Of a DNA stretch of 64,000 nt, positions 23,337 to 32,325 are shown piece after piece. Both the position numbers and the translations under genes were made by a program. Position 1 is the first letter of the stretch. Each line of letters starts with the position of its first letter. Source of the stretch: an uncultured Actinomycetes bacterium (GTDB lineage: Bacteria > Actinomycetota > Actinomycetes > Actinomycetales > Microbacteriaceae); the NCBI GenBank assembly GCA_903920435.1, contig CAIXMB010000038.1:13563-77562 (forward strand). Reading direction: 5' to 3'. The notes under the pieces were generated by a model. The model searched no databases. It saw only the letters and a list, made by a program, of their open reading frames with translations, and was not told where the DNA came from.

Positions 23337-24668
23337 ATGGAGAGCGTTCTCACCCGGAAGACCATCGCCACCTACGCTGTCGGATCGGTCGGGACGGGAG
23401 GCTTCGGCACGCTCCCCGGCCTCGTGCTCCTGGCGTACATGACCGACAACCTCGGCATCGCCGCCGCGGCGGCCGGGGCGCTCATCACCGTCGCGAAGGT
23501 GTGGGATGTGATCATCGATCCGGTGATCGGCGCGCGCAGCGACCGCAGCCTCGCGCTGCGCGGCACGCGCAGGCCCGCGATGATCCTCGGTGCGCTCGCC
23601 CTGCCGGTGTTCTTCGTGCTCACGTTCGCGGTCCCGGCCGGGATCGGCCCCGTCGCCTCCGGCGTGTGGGTGCTCATCGCCTTCCTCATCACGGCAACGG
23701 CGTTCTCGCTGTTCCAGGTGCCGTACATCGCGCTGCCCGCCGAGCTCACCGACCAGTACGACGCCCGCACGCGGCTCATCTCGGCACGCGTCGTCGTGCT
23801 CACGCTCGCGATCCTGCTGTTCGGGGCGGGGGCGCCCGAGATCCAGAAGGCGTTCGAGAACTCGTACACGGGCTACCTCGTGATGGCCATCGTGGCGGGC
23901 CTCGTCATCGGCGGCGGGCTGTTCATCGCCTCGTTCGTGGCGAAGCGCCGCGACCCGGTGCCGGCAGAGCCGTTCTCGATCGCCGACAACTACCGGGCGG
24001 GGTTCGCCGCGCTGCGCCGCAGCCAGCCCTTCCGCTCGCTGCTGGCCACCTTCCTGCTGCAGGGCCTCGCGACGGGGCTCATGCTGGCGGGGGCGGTCTA
24101 CCTCGCCAACCACGTGATCCCGGGCGGCAGCGTGACCTTCATCTTCATCTCGCTGGTGGCGCCGGCGATCCTCTTCGCGCCGGTGTGGGCGATCATCTCC
24201 CGGCGCATCGGCAAGGAGCGCACCTTCATCGTCGCGTCCGTGCTGTTCGGCATCGCCACCCTCGTGATGGCCCTGCTGCTCGTCTCGCCGGGGCAGTGGG
24301 TGTACGCCCCGATCGCCCTCGCCGGAATCGGCTACGCGGGCATGCAGTCGTTGCCCCTGTCGATGCTGCCCGACGTCATCTCGCACGACGCCGGTCGCCA
24401 CGGCCAGGGCGCTGCGGGCTCCTTCGGCGGGGTCTGGACCGCGGGCGAGACCACCGGCATCGCGCTCGGCACCACGGTGCTCGGCATCGTGCTGAGTGCA
24501 TCCGGCTACATCGAATCGGTGGGGGGAGTGGACGTGCAGCAACCCGCGTCTGCGGTGACGGGCATCGCGCTGAGCTTCAGCATCGTGCCCGCCGTGATCA
24601 TCGCCCTGTCGCTCGTGACGTTCTCGCGCTACCCGCTCCGGAAGGCAGACATCGATGCAGCTCGCTAA
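23337..24668 (+). CDS. MFS transporter, GPH/MFS_2 (MelB-like) family
   Basis: KVWDVIIDPVIGARSD, GTRRP, QVPYIALPAELT, SMLPDV; ~12 TM. Confidence 0.9.
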   Translation: MESVLTRKTIATYAVGSVGTGGFGTLPGLVLLAYMTDNLGIAAAAAGALITVAKVWDVIIDPVIGARSDRSLALRGTRRPAMILGALALPVFFVLTFAVPAGIGPVASGVWVLIAFLITATAFSLFQVPYIALPAELTDQYDARTRLISARVVVLTLAILLFGAGAPEIQKAFENSYTGYLVMAIVAGLVIGGGLFIASFVAKRRDPVPAEPFSIADNYRAGFAALRRSQPFRSLLATFLLQGLATGLMLAGAVYLANHVIPGGSVTFIFISLVAPAILFAPVWAIISRRIGKERTFIVASVLFGIATLVMALLLVSPGQWVYAPIALAGIGYAGMQSLPLSMLPDVISHDAGRHGQGAAGSFGGVWTAGETTGIALGTTVLGIVLSASGYIESVGGVDVQQPASAVTGIALSFSIVPAVIIALSLVTFSRYPLRKADIDAAR

Positions 24669-26127
24669 CGACCCCGCAGGCATCCTCGCGCGGCTCGCCG
24701 AGCTGCGCGCCGCGGACGCCCCGACCCACGGCGGGCACGTGCTCTCGTACGTGTACGACTCCGGCCTCGCGGAACTCGACGAGCTCGCCGCCGCCGCGAT
24801 CCGCGCCGTGCAGCCCGTCAACGGGCTCGACCCCACGACCTTCACGTCGGTGGCGGTCATGGAGGGCGAGGTGGTCGGGTTCGCCCGCGACCTGCTCGGC
24901 GGTGACTCCGACGTGGTCGGCAGCGTCACCACGGGCGGCACCGAGAGCTGCCTGCTCGCCGTCAAGACGGCGCGCGACCTGTGGAACGCTTCGAGTGCCT
25001 CAGCGACCGGGCGGCCCCGGCTCCTTGCGCCCGTGACGGTGCACGCCGCCTTCCAGAAGGCCGCGCACTACTTCGGGCTCGAGCTCGACCTCGTGCCCGT
25101 GGGCCAGGACGGCAGGGTGGACGCCGCCACGATCATCTCCCGGCTTGGCCCCGACGTCGCGCTCGTGGTCGTCTCCGCGCCGAGCTACCCGCACGCCGCC
25201 CTCGATCCGATCGCCAAGGTCGCCGCCGCGGCGCAGGCGGCGGGCATCCCGTGCCACGTCGACGCGTGCATCGGCGGCTGGGTGCTCCCGTTCTGGACTG
25301 GCCTGCCCGCGTGGGACTTCCGGGTGCCCGGCGTCACGAGCGTGAGCGCCGACCTGCACAAGTTCGGGTACGCGCCCAAGGGCGTCTCCGTGCTCCTCCA
25401 GCGCGGCCGCGACCGCCAGCGCGCCCAGTTCTTCGCGACCACGCGCTGGCCCGGCTACCCGGTGGTCAACCCGACGATGCTCGGCTCCAAGTCGGCGGGC
25501 GCGCTCGCCGCGGGCTGGGCGATCACGCACGCCCTCGGCCGCGACGGACTCGCCGCGCTCGCGCAGTCGTGCGAGCGCGCCACCAGCGCACTGATCGACG
25601 TCATCGGCTCGATCGAGGGCCTGCGCGTCGTGGGCGACCCGGTCGGGCCGCTCATCGCTGTCGCGACGGATGCCACGGCCGAAGCCTCGGCCCAGGTCGA
25701 CCCGCACCACTGGGCGGACCAGGTGCGCGCCCACGGCTGGCTCCTGCAGCTGCAGCCCGGGCTCGCCCAGTCGGATGGCACCGTGCTCCCGCACACCACG
25801 CACCTCACGATCACGCCCGTGACCGAGGGCGTACTGCCCGAGCTGAGCGCGGCCCTCGTCACCGCGGCCGACGAGGTGCGCGGCATCCCCGCCGTCTCGC
25901 CCGCCGACGTGCTCGGTGCGCTCCCGGCCGGCTTCGCCCTGCCGTCGGGGCCCATCGACTCGGAGACGGCCCTCGCGATCCTCGCGGGCATCGGCCTGGT
26001 CTCCACGGAGTCGGGCGGACTGCCGGACCGGATGGCGCCGTTCCTCGCCCTCGTGTCGGCGCTGCCCGCCCCGCTCACCGAACGGCTGCTCACCGAGCTC
26101 ATCGCGCGGGTCGTCGAGCCGCGCTAG
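24655..26127 (+). CDS. PLP-dependent group II enzyme, sphingosine-1-phosphate-lyase-like
   Basis: LSYVYDSG, TTGGTESCLLA, HAAFQKAAHYF, SAPSYPH, HVDACIGG, DFRVPGVTSVSADLHKFGYAPKG. Confidence 0.85.
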   Translation: MQLANDPAGILARLAELRAADAPTHGGHVLSYVYDSGLAELDELAAAAIRAVQPVNGLDPTTFTSVAVMEGEVVGFARDLLGGDSDVVGSVTTGGTESCLLAVKTARDLWNASSASATGRPRLLAPVTVHAAFQKAAHYFGLELDLVPVGQDGRVDAATIISRLGPDVALVVVSAPSYPHAALDPIAKVAAAAQAAGIPCHVDACIGGWVLPFWTGLPAWDFRVPGVTSVSADLHKFGYAPKGVSVLLQRGRDRQRAQFFATTRWPGYPVVNPTMLGSKSAGALAAGWAITHALGRDGLAALAQSCERATSALIDVIGSIEGLRVVGDPVGPLIAVATDATAEASAQVDPHHWADQVRAHGWLLQLQPGLAQSDGTVLPHTTHLTITPVTEGVLPELSAALVTAADEVRGIPAVSPADVLGALPAGFALPSGPIDSETALAILAGIGLVSTESGGLPDRMAPFLALVSALPAPLTERLLTELIARVVEPR

Positions 26128-27041
26128 CCGGTCTCGTGGGCGGCCTCGAACCGCTCGGCCTCCGACCGCAGCGCCTCGACCACCACGCGCACCGACGGTC
26201 GCTCTGCCCGGTCGGGCCGCAGGAGCGCGGAGATCAGACGTGACGCCCGCACGCCCTGGAGCGGCCGGGTGATGAGCCCGTTCTCGCGGTCGCGGGTCGT
26301 GAAGCGCGGCAGGATGCCGATGCCGTGGCCCGCCGCGACGAGCGACTCGACGATGCCGTTGTCTGCGAGCCGCTGCACGATGTGCGCGGGCGTACCGTTC
26401 GCGGCCTCGATGCCGCGCAGGATGCGGTCGAACGGCAGCCCCTCGGGGGTGCCGATCCACGTCTCGTCCACGAGGTCGGCGGGGGTGAGCGCGGCTTTCG
26501 CGCCGAGGCGGTGGTTCTCGGGCATCGCGATGTCGAGCGGCTCGCGCATCAGCGGAACGACCGTGAGCCCGCGCGCCGTCCACGCCGGCAGCACGCCGGG
26601 GGCGTCGGCGACCACCACGTCGAAGTCGGCGGTGAGGTCGGCAACGTCGGTGACGAACGAGTCGAGGTCGTGGGCGTGGAGGGTGAGGCCGGGCATCCCG
26701 TCGATCGCGGTCAGGAGCCCGGGCAGCAGCATCTGGCCACCCGAGGGGAAGACCGAGAGCGTCACCTCGCCGCGGGGCTGCGACCGGAAGTCCTCCCAGA
26801 GGGCCTCGGCGCGCTCGATCGCCGTGGCCACATCCGCCGCGGTACGGGCGAGGGCACGGCCCGCCGAGGTCAGGACGATACCGCGGCCCGCGCGCTCGGT
26901 GAGCGGCACGCCGGCCTCGCGCTCGAGGATCTTGAGCTGCTGGGAGACGGCGGAGGCCGTGCGTCGCGTGGCGCGCGCGACGGCGGTGATGCTGCCGCGG
27001 TCGGAGAGCTCGCGGAGGAGCTCGAGGCGCCGGATATCCAT
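26124..27041 (-). CDS. LysR family regulator
   Basis: HTH MDIRRLELL...ASAVSQQLKILERE; substrate-binding domain. Confidence 0.95.
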   Translation of the reverse strand: MDIRRLELLRELSDRGSITAVARATRRTASAVSQQLKILEREAGVPLTERAGRGIVLTSAGRALARTAADVATAIERAEALWEDFRSQPRGEVTLSVFPSGGQMLLPGLLTAIDGMPGLTLHAHDLDSFVTDVADLTADFDVVVADAPGVLPAWTARGLTVVPLMREPLDIAMPENHRLGAKAALTPADLVDETWIGTPEGLPFDRILRGIEAANGTPAHIVQRLADNGIVESLVAAGHGIGILPRFTTRDRENGLITRPLQGVRASRLISALLRPDRAERPSVRVVVEALRSEAERFEAAHETG

Positions 27042-27113
27042 GTAGACAGACTACACAGTCACATAAGTTAAGGGTTCTTGTTCTACATGGTTGACGACGG
27101 CGACAATTGAGCT

Positions 27114-27224
27114 ATGACACTCCAGCTCGTAGTCCTGACGGCCATGGCCGTCGCGGGAATCGCCGCCACCGTCACCGCAGTCGTGCGTGATGGTTACGGG
27201 CGCGTCCCCACCCGCCGCTTCTAA
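27114..27224 (+). CDS. 36-aa single-TM small protein (absent from ORF track)
   Basis: MTLQLVVLTAMAVAGIAATVTAVVRDGYGRVPTRRF*; GACAAT 6 nt upstream of ATG; divergent from LysR. Confidence 0.7.
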   Translation: MTLQLVVLTAMAVAGIAATVTAVVRDGYGRVPTRRF

Positions 27225-27279
27225 CGAAGCCAGCCGTCCGCGCTCTTGAAGCGCGCGGCCCACGCCACGCCCCGCTCGG

Positions 27280-27507
27280 TTACGAGTCGGGGCGTTTTGC
27301 GTTCCGGCGGGCGACCAGCGTCGCGGCGCCCGAGGCGATCTGCGCGGCCGCGGCGATGAAGGCGACCGCGATGAGGGCGGTGAGGCGGAGCGGGTCGGAG
27401 CGCAGGGTCGGCTCGACGATCGCGACGACCATCACGCCGAGGAAGATCGCGCCGAGCACGAATGATCGTCGCGGGGAGCTCGACTCCCACCAGCGCAGTT
27501 TCGCCAC
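27280..27507 (-). CDS. Small 2-TM membrane protein
   Basis: Two hydrophobic helices; TACCGT 5 nt upstream of GTG. Confidence 0.65.
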   Translation of the reverse strand: MAKLRWWESSSPRRSFVLGAIFLGVMVVAIVEPTLRSDPLRLTALIAVAFIAAAAQIASGAATLVARRNAKRPDS

Positions 27508-27528
27508 GCCCCCACGGTAGTGCCTCGA

Positions 27529-27831
27529 CTACGGCATCTGGCGCAGGCGCGGGTCGGATTCTTGGGCGAGCGGCGCCCGCTCGGGCGACTGCCAGACGCC
27601 CCTGCGGCGCATGACGATGGTGCCGATGGCCGCCGCCCCGAGGGCGAGCGCAAGCGCGCCGCCGATCACCGAGACCCAGATCGCGCGCGTGAGGCCGCCC
27701 GCGAACGCCGGATCGAGCCACGGCAAGATCGCACTCACCACCCAGAGCCCGGCCAGGCCGAGGTAGACGAACGGGTAGCGCACTTCGAAGACGCGCTGCC
27801 AACGACTGCGGGGTGCTCTCGTCGTATCCAT
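27529..27831 (-). CDS. Small 2-TM membrane protein
   Basis: Two TM helices; TAGCGT 6 nt upstream of ATG. Confidence 0.7.
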   Translation of the reverse strand: MDTTRAPRSRWQRVFEVRYPFVYLGLAGLWVVSAILPWLDPAFAGGLTRAIWVSVIGGALALALGAAAIGTIVMRRRGVWQSPERAPLAQESDPRLRQMP

Positions 27832-27840
27832 CCTTCGACG

Positions 27841-28947
27841 CTACGCCTGTGCGACGGTGAACCCCAACTTCCGGCCGGCGAGACCGCGAGCGCGGGTGGC
27901 GAGGGCGGCGGCCAGTCCGCTGATAGCAACGGCGGCCGCATCACCCGGATGCCCGAGCACGACGGGAAGGCCGGAGTCGCCGCCCTCGCGCAGCGCGAGG
28001 CTGAGCGGCACGGAGGCCAGGAGGGGCACGTCGAGGCGCGCCGCGGCATCCGTGCCCCCGCCGGACCCGAACAGCTCGAGGACGGTGCCGTCGGGCTGGG
28101 GGAGCCCCGCCATGTTCTCGACGACGCCGATGACGGTCTGGCCGGTCTGGCGGGCGACGAGTCCGCTGCGCTCCGCGACCTCGGCGGCGGCGGCCTGCGG
28201 CGTGGTGACGACGAGCACCTCGGCCTGGGGCAGCAGCTGGCCGAGCGAGATGGCGATGTCGCCGGTTCCGGGCGGCAGGTCGAGCAGCAGCACGTCGAGG
28301 TCGCCGAAGTACACGTCGGTCAGGAACTGCTGCAGCGTGCGGTGCAGCATGGGTCCGCGCCAGGAAACGGCTGTGTTGCCCGAGACGAACATGCCGATCG
28401 AGATCACCTTCACGCCGTGGGCGACGGGCGGCAGGATCATCTCGTCGACCTGCGTGGGCTTGGCGCCCCCGATGCCGAGCAGGCCCGGGATCGAGAAGCC
28501 GAAGACGTCCGCATCCACGATCCCCACCCGCAGCCCGCGGGCGGCGAGCGCGACGCCGAGGTTGGCGGTGAGGGTCGACTTGCCGACGCCGCCCTTGCCA
28601 CTCGTGATCGCGTAGATGCGCGTGAGGGAGTCCGGCCCGAACTGCAGTGCCTTCGGGCGGCCGCCGCGCAGCTTCTCGGTGAGGGCGGCCCGCTCGTCGC
28701 GCGACATCACGGAGACGTCCACCGCCACCGACTCGATGCCCGCGACGGATGCCGCGGCCTCCCGCACATCGCGCTCGATCGTGTCGGCTGCCGGGCACCC
28801 GACGATGGTGAGCTTGAGGCCGACGGTCGCCGTGCCGTCGACCACCGAGATGCCGCCGATCATGCCGAGCTCGGTGATGGGGCGGCGGATCTCGGGGTCG
28901 ATGACGCGCGCGAGAGCGGTTTCGATGGCCTCGACAGCCTCAGCCAC
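27841..28947 (-). CDS. mrp: Mrp/NBP35 ATPase (Fe-S carrier) with N-terminal FeS-assembly domain
   Basis: VIDPEI...LTIVGCP; GKGGVGKST, DADVFG, WRGPM, DLPPGTGD, VVENM. Confidence 0.95.
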   Translation of the reverse strand: MAEAVEAIETALARVIDPEIRRPITELGMIGGISVVDGTATVGLKLTIVGCPAADTIERDVREAAASVAGIESVAVDVSVMSRDERAALTEKLRGGRPKALQFGPDSLTRIYAITSGKGGVGKSTLTANLGVALAARGLRVGIVDADVFGFSIPGLLGIGGAKPTQVDEMILPPVAHGVKVISIGMFVSGNTAVSWRGPMLHRTLQQFLTDVYFGDLDVLLLDLPPGTGDIAISLGQLLPQAEVLVVTTPQAAAAEVAERSGLVARQTGQTVIGVVENMAGLPQPDGTVLELFGSGGGTDAAARLDVPLLASVPLSLALREGGDSGLPVVLGHPGDAAAVAISGLAAALATRARGLAGRKLGFTVAQA

Positions 28948-29452
28948 CGGACTTCTCGTCTTTGTCGAGGTCCTCGAGCAGCGCCCTCAGCTCGGCGCGG
29001 ATGAACTCCTTGCTCGCGAGATCCTGCATGGCGAGCCGCAGAGCGACGACCTCGCGGGCCAGGTACTCGGTGTCGTTGAGGTTGCGCTCGGCGCGCTGGC
29101 GATCCTGCTCGATCTGCACGCGGTCGCGGTCGTCCTGACGATTCTGGGCGAGCAGGATGAGGGGCGCCGCGTACGAGGCCTGCAGCGACAGGATGAGTGT
29201 GAGCGCGGTGAAGCCGATGGCCGCCGAGTCAAAGCGGATGCCCTCGGGCGCGAGCGTGTTGTAGAGCATCCACAGGATGACGAAGATCGACAGCCCGAAC
29301 AGGAACCACGGGGTGCCCATGCCGCGAGCGATCGCCTCGGTGAAACGCCCGAAGCGGTCGCGACTCTGGAAGAGCGGGAGCCCCTGGCGCATGCCGCGCG
29401 GCGAATCGAGGCGCGCCTCAGTGCGTGCTGAGCGGTTGTTAGCGCGTGCCAC
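28940..29452 (-). CDS. DUF1003 membrane protein
   Basis: MGTPWF, LILSLQASYAAPLILLAQNRQDDRD. Confidence 0.92.
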   Translation of the reverse strand: MARANNRSARTEARLDSPRGMRQGLPLFQSRDRFGRFTEAIARGMGTPWFLFGLSIFVILWMLYNTLAPEGIRFDSAAIGFTALTLILSLQASYAAPLILLAQNRQDDRDRVQIEQDRQRAERNLNDTEYLAREVVALRLAMQDLASKEFIRAELRALLEDLDKDEKSGG

Positions 29453-30728
29453 GGGATGTCCTCCTCACGGGTGTGGATACGAGTTTCTTTTCCTCCTCGT
29501 TGGTACTTCGCCAGTCGTCCGGCAGCAGATAGTCGAGGACATCGTCAATGGTCACCACCCCGACGAGACGGTGGTTCTCATCCACGACGGGAACCGAGAC
29601 GAGGTTGTAGCTGGCGAGGATGCGCGACACCTCGGCAGCGCTCGTGCTTGCCTGCACGGGCTCGAGGGTGGCATCGATGAGGGCGCCGAGGCGCTCGTTG
29701 GGCGGGTAGCGCAGCATGCGCTGGAAGTGCACCATGCCGAGGAACCGGCCCGTGGGCGGCTCGTACGGCGGCAGGGTGACGCAGATCGCGGCGCCCAGGG
29801 CGGGGGCGAGCTCGTGCCGGCGGATGAGGGCGAGGCCCTCGGCTACCGTCGCGTCCGCAGACACGATGATGGGCTCGGTGGTCATGAGCCCGCCCGCGGT
29901 GTCCGGGGCGTAGGAAAGCAGGAAGCGCACGTCCTCCGCCTCCTCGGGCTCCATGAGGTCGAGGAGGGTCTCACCGCGCTCGTCGCTGAGGTGCGCGATG
30001 AGGTCTGCCGCGTCATCCGGCTGCATCTGGTCGAGCACGTCGGCCGCGCGGTCGTCGTCGAGCTGGTTGAGGATGTCGACCTGCTCGGTCTCGGGCATCT
30101 CCTCGAGCACGTCGGCGAGGCGGTCGTCGCTCAGCTCCTCCGCCACTTCGAGCATGCGCTGCTCGGGGAGGTCGAGCATGGCGTTCGCGAGGTCGGCGGG
30201 CAGCATGTCGGCGTAGCTCGCGACGAGCTGGGTGGCGGACTGCGACTCGCCGGAGGTCTGCTTCTCGATCAGGTCGGCCCACGCGGTGAACAGGGTGGCG
30301 CCCTTGGCGAACAGGGCGGCGTTGGCCTTGGGCCGGCGCAGGAAGGCCTGGGTGACCTCCCACTCGCCGAGGCTGGTCTCCTCGATCGCGACATCCTCGA
30401 TCGTGGCTTCGCCGGAACCGTCGCGCAGGCGAACGGTGCGGCCGAGGAGCTCGGCCATGACACGCACCTCCCCGCCGCGCTGCTCGAAGCGGCGCAGGTT
30501 GATGAGCCCGGTCGTGATGATCTGGCCGGAGCCGATGCTCGTGACGCGCCCGATCGACAGGAAGACGCGGCGCTTGCCGGGAACCTCGAGCACGAAGCCC
30601 ACGACGCGCGGGCTGCCCGCAGTGCGGTAGACGACGAGCACGTCGCGCACCTTGCCGACGCGGTCGCCGTTGGGGTCGAAAACAGAGCACCCGACCAGTC
30701 GGGCGGCGAATACTCTCGTCGTGCTCAT
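29439..30728 (-). CDS. MgtE N-terminal domain / CBS protein (soluble, PRC-barrel N-terminus)
   Basis: VFDPNGDRVGKVRD, ADLA/LADVLEEM repeats, TAGGLMT, two CBS domains. Confidence 0.9.
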   Translation of the reverse strand: MSTTRVFAARLVGCSVFDPNGDRVGKVRDVLVVYRTAGSPRVVGFVLEVPGKRRVFLSIGRVTSIGSGQIITTGLINLRRFEQRGGEVRVMAELLGRTVRLRDGSGEATIEDVAIEETSLGEWEVTQAFLRRPKANAALFAKGATLFTAWADLIEKQTSGESQSATQLVASYADMLPADLANAMLDLPEQRMLEVAEELSDDRLADVLEEMPETEQVDILNQLDDDRAADVLDQMQPDDAADLIAHLSDERGETLLDLMEPEEAEDVRFLLSYAPDTAGGLMTTEPIIVSADATVAEGLALIRRHELAPALGAAICVTLPPYEPPTGRFLGMVHFQRMLRYPPNERLGALIDATLEPVQASTSAAEVSRILASYNLVSVPVVDENHRLVGVVTIDDVLDYLLPDDWRSTNEEEKKLVSTPVRRTSRGTR

Positions 30729-30784
30729 AGTCAAAACCCTAGTCCAGCCGCAAAAGGAGGAGGCCGCATGGGACAATGAAACCC

Positions 30785-31282
30785 GTGAGCAACCCCAGCG
30801 CATTCGGCCGCCGTGCCCCCGTCCTCCCGTCCATCCCCAAGGGTGATGTGCTCGGTACCTACGACACCTACCTCGAGGCGCAGGGTGTGGTCGATCGGCT
30901 CGCCAAGGCCGACTTCGAGGTCGCCAAGCTCGCGATCGTCGGCAACGATCTCAAGACCGTGGAGCGGGTCACCGGCAAGCTCACCTACGGGCGCGCCGCA
31001 CTCGCGGGCGCGGCATCCGGCGCCTGGCTCGGGCTCTTCTTCGGGCTCGTGCTGACCATCTTCAGCACCCCCAGCCCGCAGGCGTTCGGCTTCGTCGGCG
31101 CGGCCGTGCTCATCGGCGCCGGCTTCGGTGTGATCTTCGGCATCGTGACCTACGCGGTCAACCGCCGTCGTCGCGACTTCACGTCGACCCACCAGGTGCT
31201 CGCGTCGAACTACCAGATCATCATCGACCCCGAGCTCACGGCCAAGGCGCAGATGACCCTGCAGGCCCACCCGGAGCAGTAG
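30785..31282 (+). CDS. General stress protein-like (YflT/17M-type) membrane protein
   Basis: TYLEAQGVVDRLAKADF...AIVGNDLKTVERVTG; two TM; probable GTG start 30785 (GACAAT 7 nt upstream), ATG 30776 alternative. Confidence 0.82.
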   Translation: MSNPSAFGRRAPVLPSIPKGDVLGTYDTYLEAQGVVDRLAKADFEVAKLAIVGNDLKTVERVTGKLTYGRAALAGAASGAWLGLFFGLVLTIFSTPSPQAFGFVGAAVLIGAGFGVIFGIVTYAVNRRRRDFTSTHQVLASNYQIIIDPELTAKAQMTLQAHPEQ

Positions 31283-31326
31283 CGCAACCCCGGGACACTT
31301 CCCGGCAGGCGGCCTAGCGTCGAGGC

Positions 31327-31665
31327 ATGAGCAACACCGACATCGCCCGTGCCCTGCAGACCGCGTTCGACGAGCAGGATGCGGAGGCGGCGGACCGCCT
31401 CGTCGCCGAGCACTTCACATTCACGAGCCCGCAGGACGACCACCTCGACAAGGCGGAGTGGCTGCGAGTGTGCTTCCCGACCGCAGCGTACTTCTCGAGC
31501 CGCACCATGCTCGCCATCGAGGAGCTTGGCCCGCATGACGTCGTCGTCTACTACGAGTACGTCGTTGCCGAGTCAGGCGAGCACTACCGCAACGCGGAGG
31601 TGCTCACCGTGCGCGACGGGCAGGTCGTGGAGACGCGCGTGTTCTTCGGCGGTCGGGAGAGCTAG
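31327..31665 (+). CDS. SnoaL/NTF2-like protein
   Basis: AFDEQD...LVAEHFTFTSPQDD...RNAEVLTVRDGQVVETRVFFG. Confidence 0.85.
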   Translation: MSNTDIARALQTAFDEQDAEAADRLVAEHFTFTSPQDDHLDKAEWLRVCFPTAAYFSSRTMLAIEELGPHDVVVYYEYVVAESGEHYRNAEVLTVRDGQVVETRVFFGGRES

Positions 31666-32309
31666 AAGAGCTCGTTCTCGTCGCGGGAGATGACGAATCC
31701 GTGCCCGCTGACGCTGTTCTTGCACGTCACGTGCGTCTCTTCCGAGAAGCAGGTCACGGTGCCGAACGTGACCATCTCGCCGTACTGCAGCACCCGGATG
31801 GAACCCTGATCGTCCATCGAGGTCGCCATAGCCGCGGGGAATCCGGGGTCGCTGCGCTGGCGCGGGTGGGTCGGATCCTCCCCGGTCGCCTCGATCCCGT
31901 AGCCGCACGGCACCTGCGAGTCGTAGCAGTAGTCGTCGGGGGAGTCCTTCTCGAAGCTCCAGTTCTGCTCCTTGATGGCGCAGCCCCAGAGGGAACCGTG
32001 CTCGGGGCCGAGGATGGCGCATCCCAGGTTGCGAGAGGGGGAGACGAAGTTCACGTCCGCCGTCGTCCAGCCTCCGAAGTTCGCGGGCAGGGCGGAGCTG
32101 TCGATGAAGAACTCGCTCGGATCCACGGCCGTGAAGTCGGCGGGGTCGGGCGTCGGTGCCACGGTCGGCGTCGGGTCAGGGGCGGGCGTGGTCGTCGCAC
32201 TCGCCGGGGGCGTCGGTGGAGGGCTGGTCTCGGCCGTGGGGGGTGCGGACGTGCATCCGGCCAGAAGGGAGAGAGCCGCCAGAGCCAGAGCGATCGGAGC
32301 AAGCCTCAT
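31662..32309 (-). CDS. Lipoprotein, Pro/Thr linker plus Cys-rich beta domain (DUF6636-like)
   Basis: Lipobox LAGC; FVSPSRNLGC...C...LQYGEMVTFGTVTC...VTCKN...GHGF. Confidence 0.8.
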   Translation of the reverse strand: MRLAPIALALAALSLLAGCTSAPPTAETSPPPTPPASATTTPAPDPTPTVAPTPDPADFTAVDPSEFFIDSSALPANFGGWTTADVNFVSPSRNLGCAILGPEHGSLWGCAIKEQNWSFEKDSPDDYCYDSQVPCGYGIEATGEDPTHPRQRSDPGFPAAMATSMDDQGSIRVLQYGEMVTFGTVTCFSEETHVTCKNSVSGHGFVISRDENELF

Positions 32310-32325
32310 GTTGGAATGCTACCGG

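Noticed and set aside
23307-24965. N-terminal extension making the ALDH a 1069-aa ORF
   Set aside because: Antisense to the MFS gene; the ALDH begins at 23306 with its own -10
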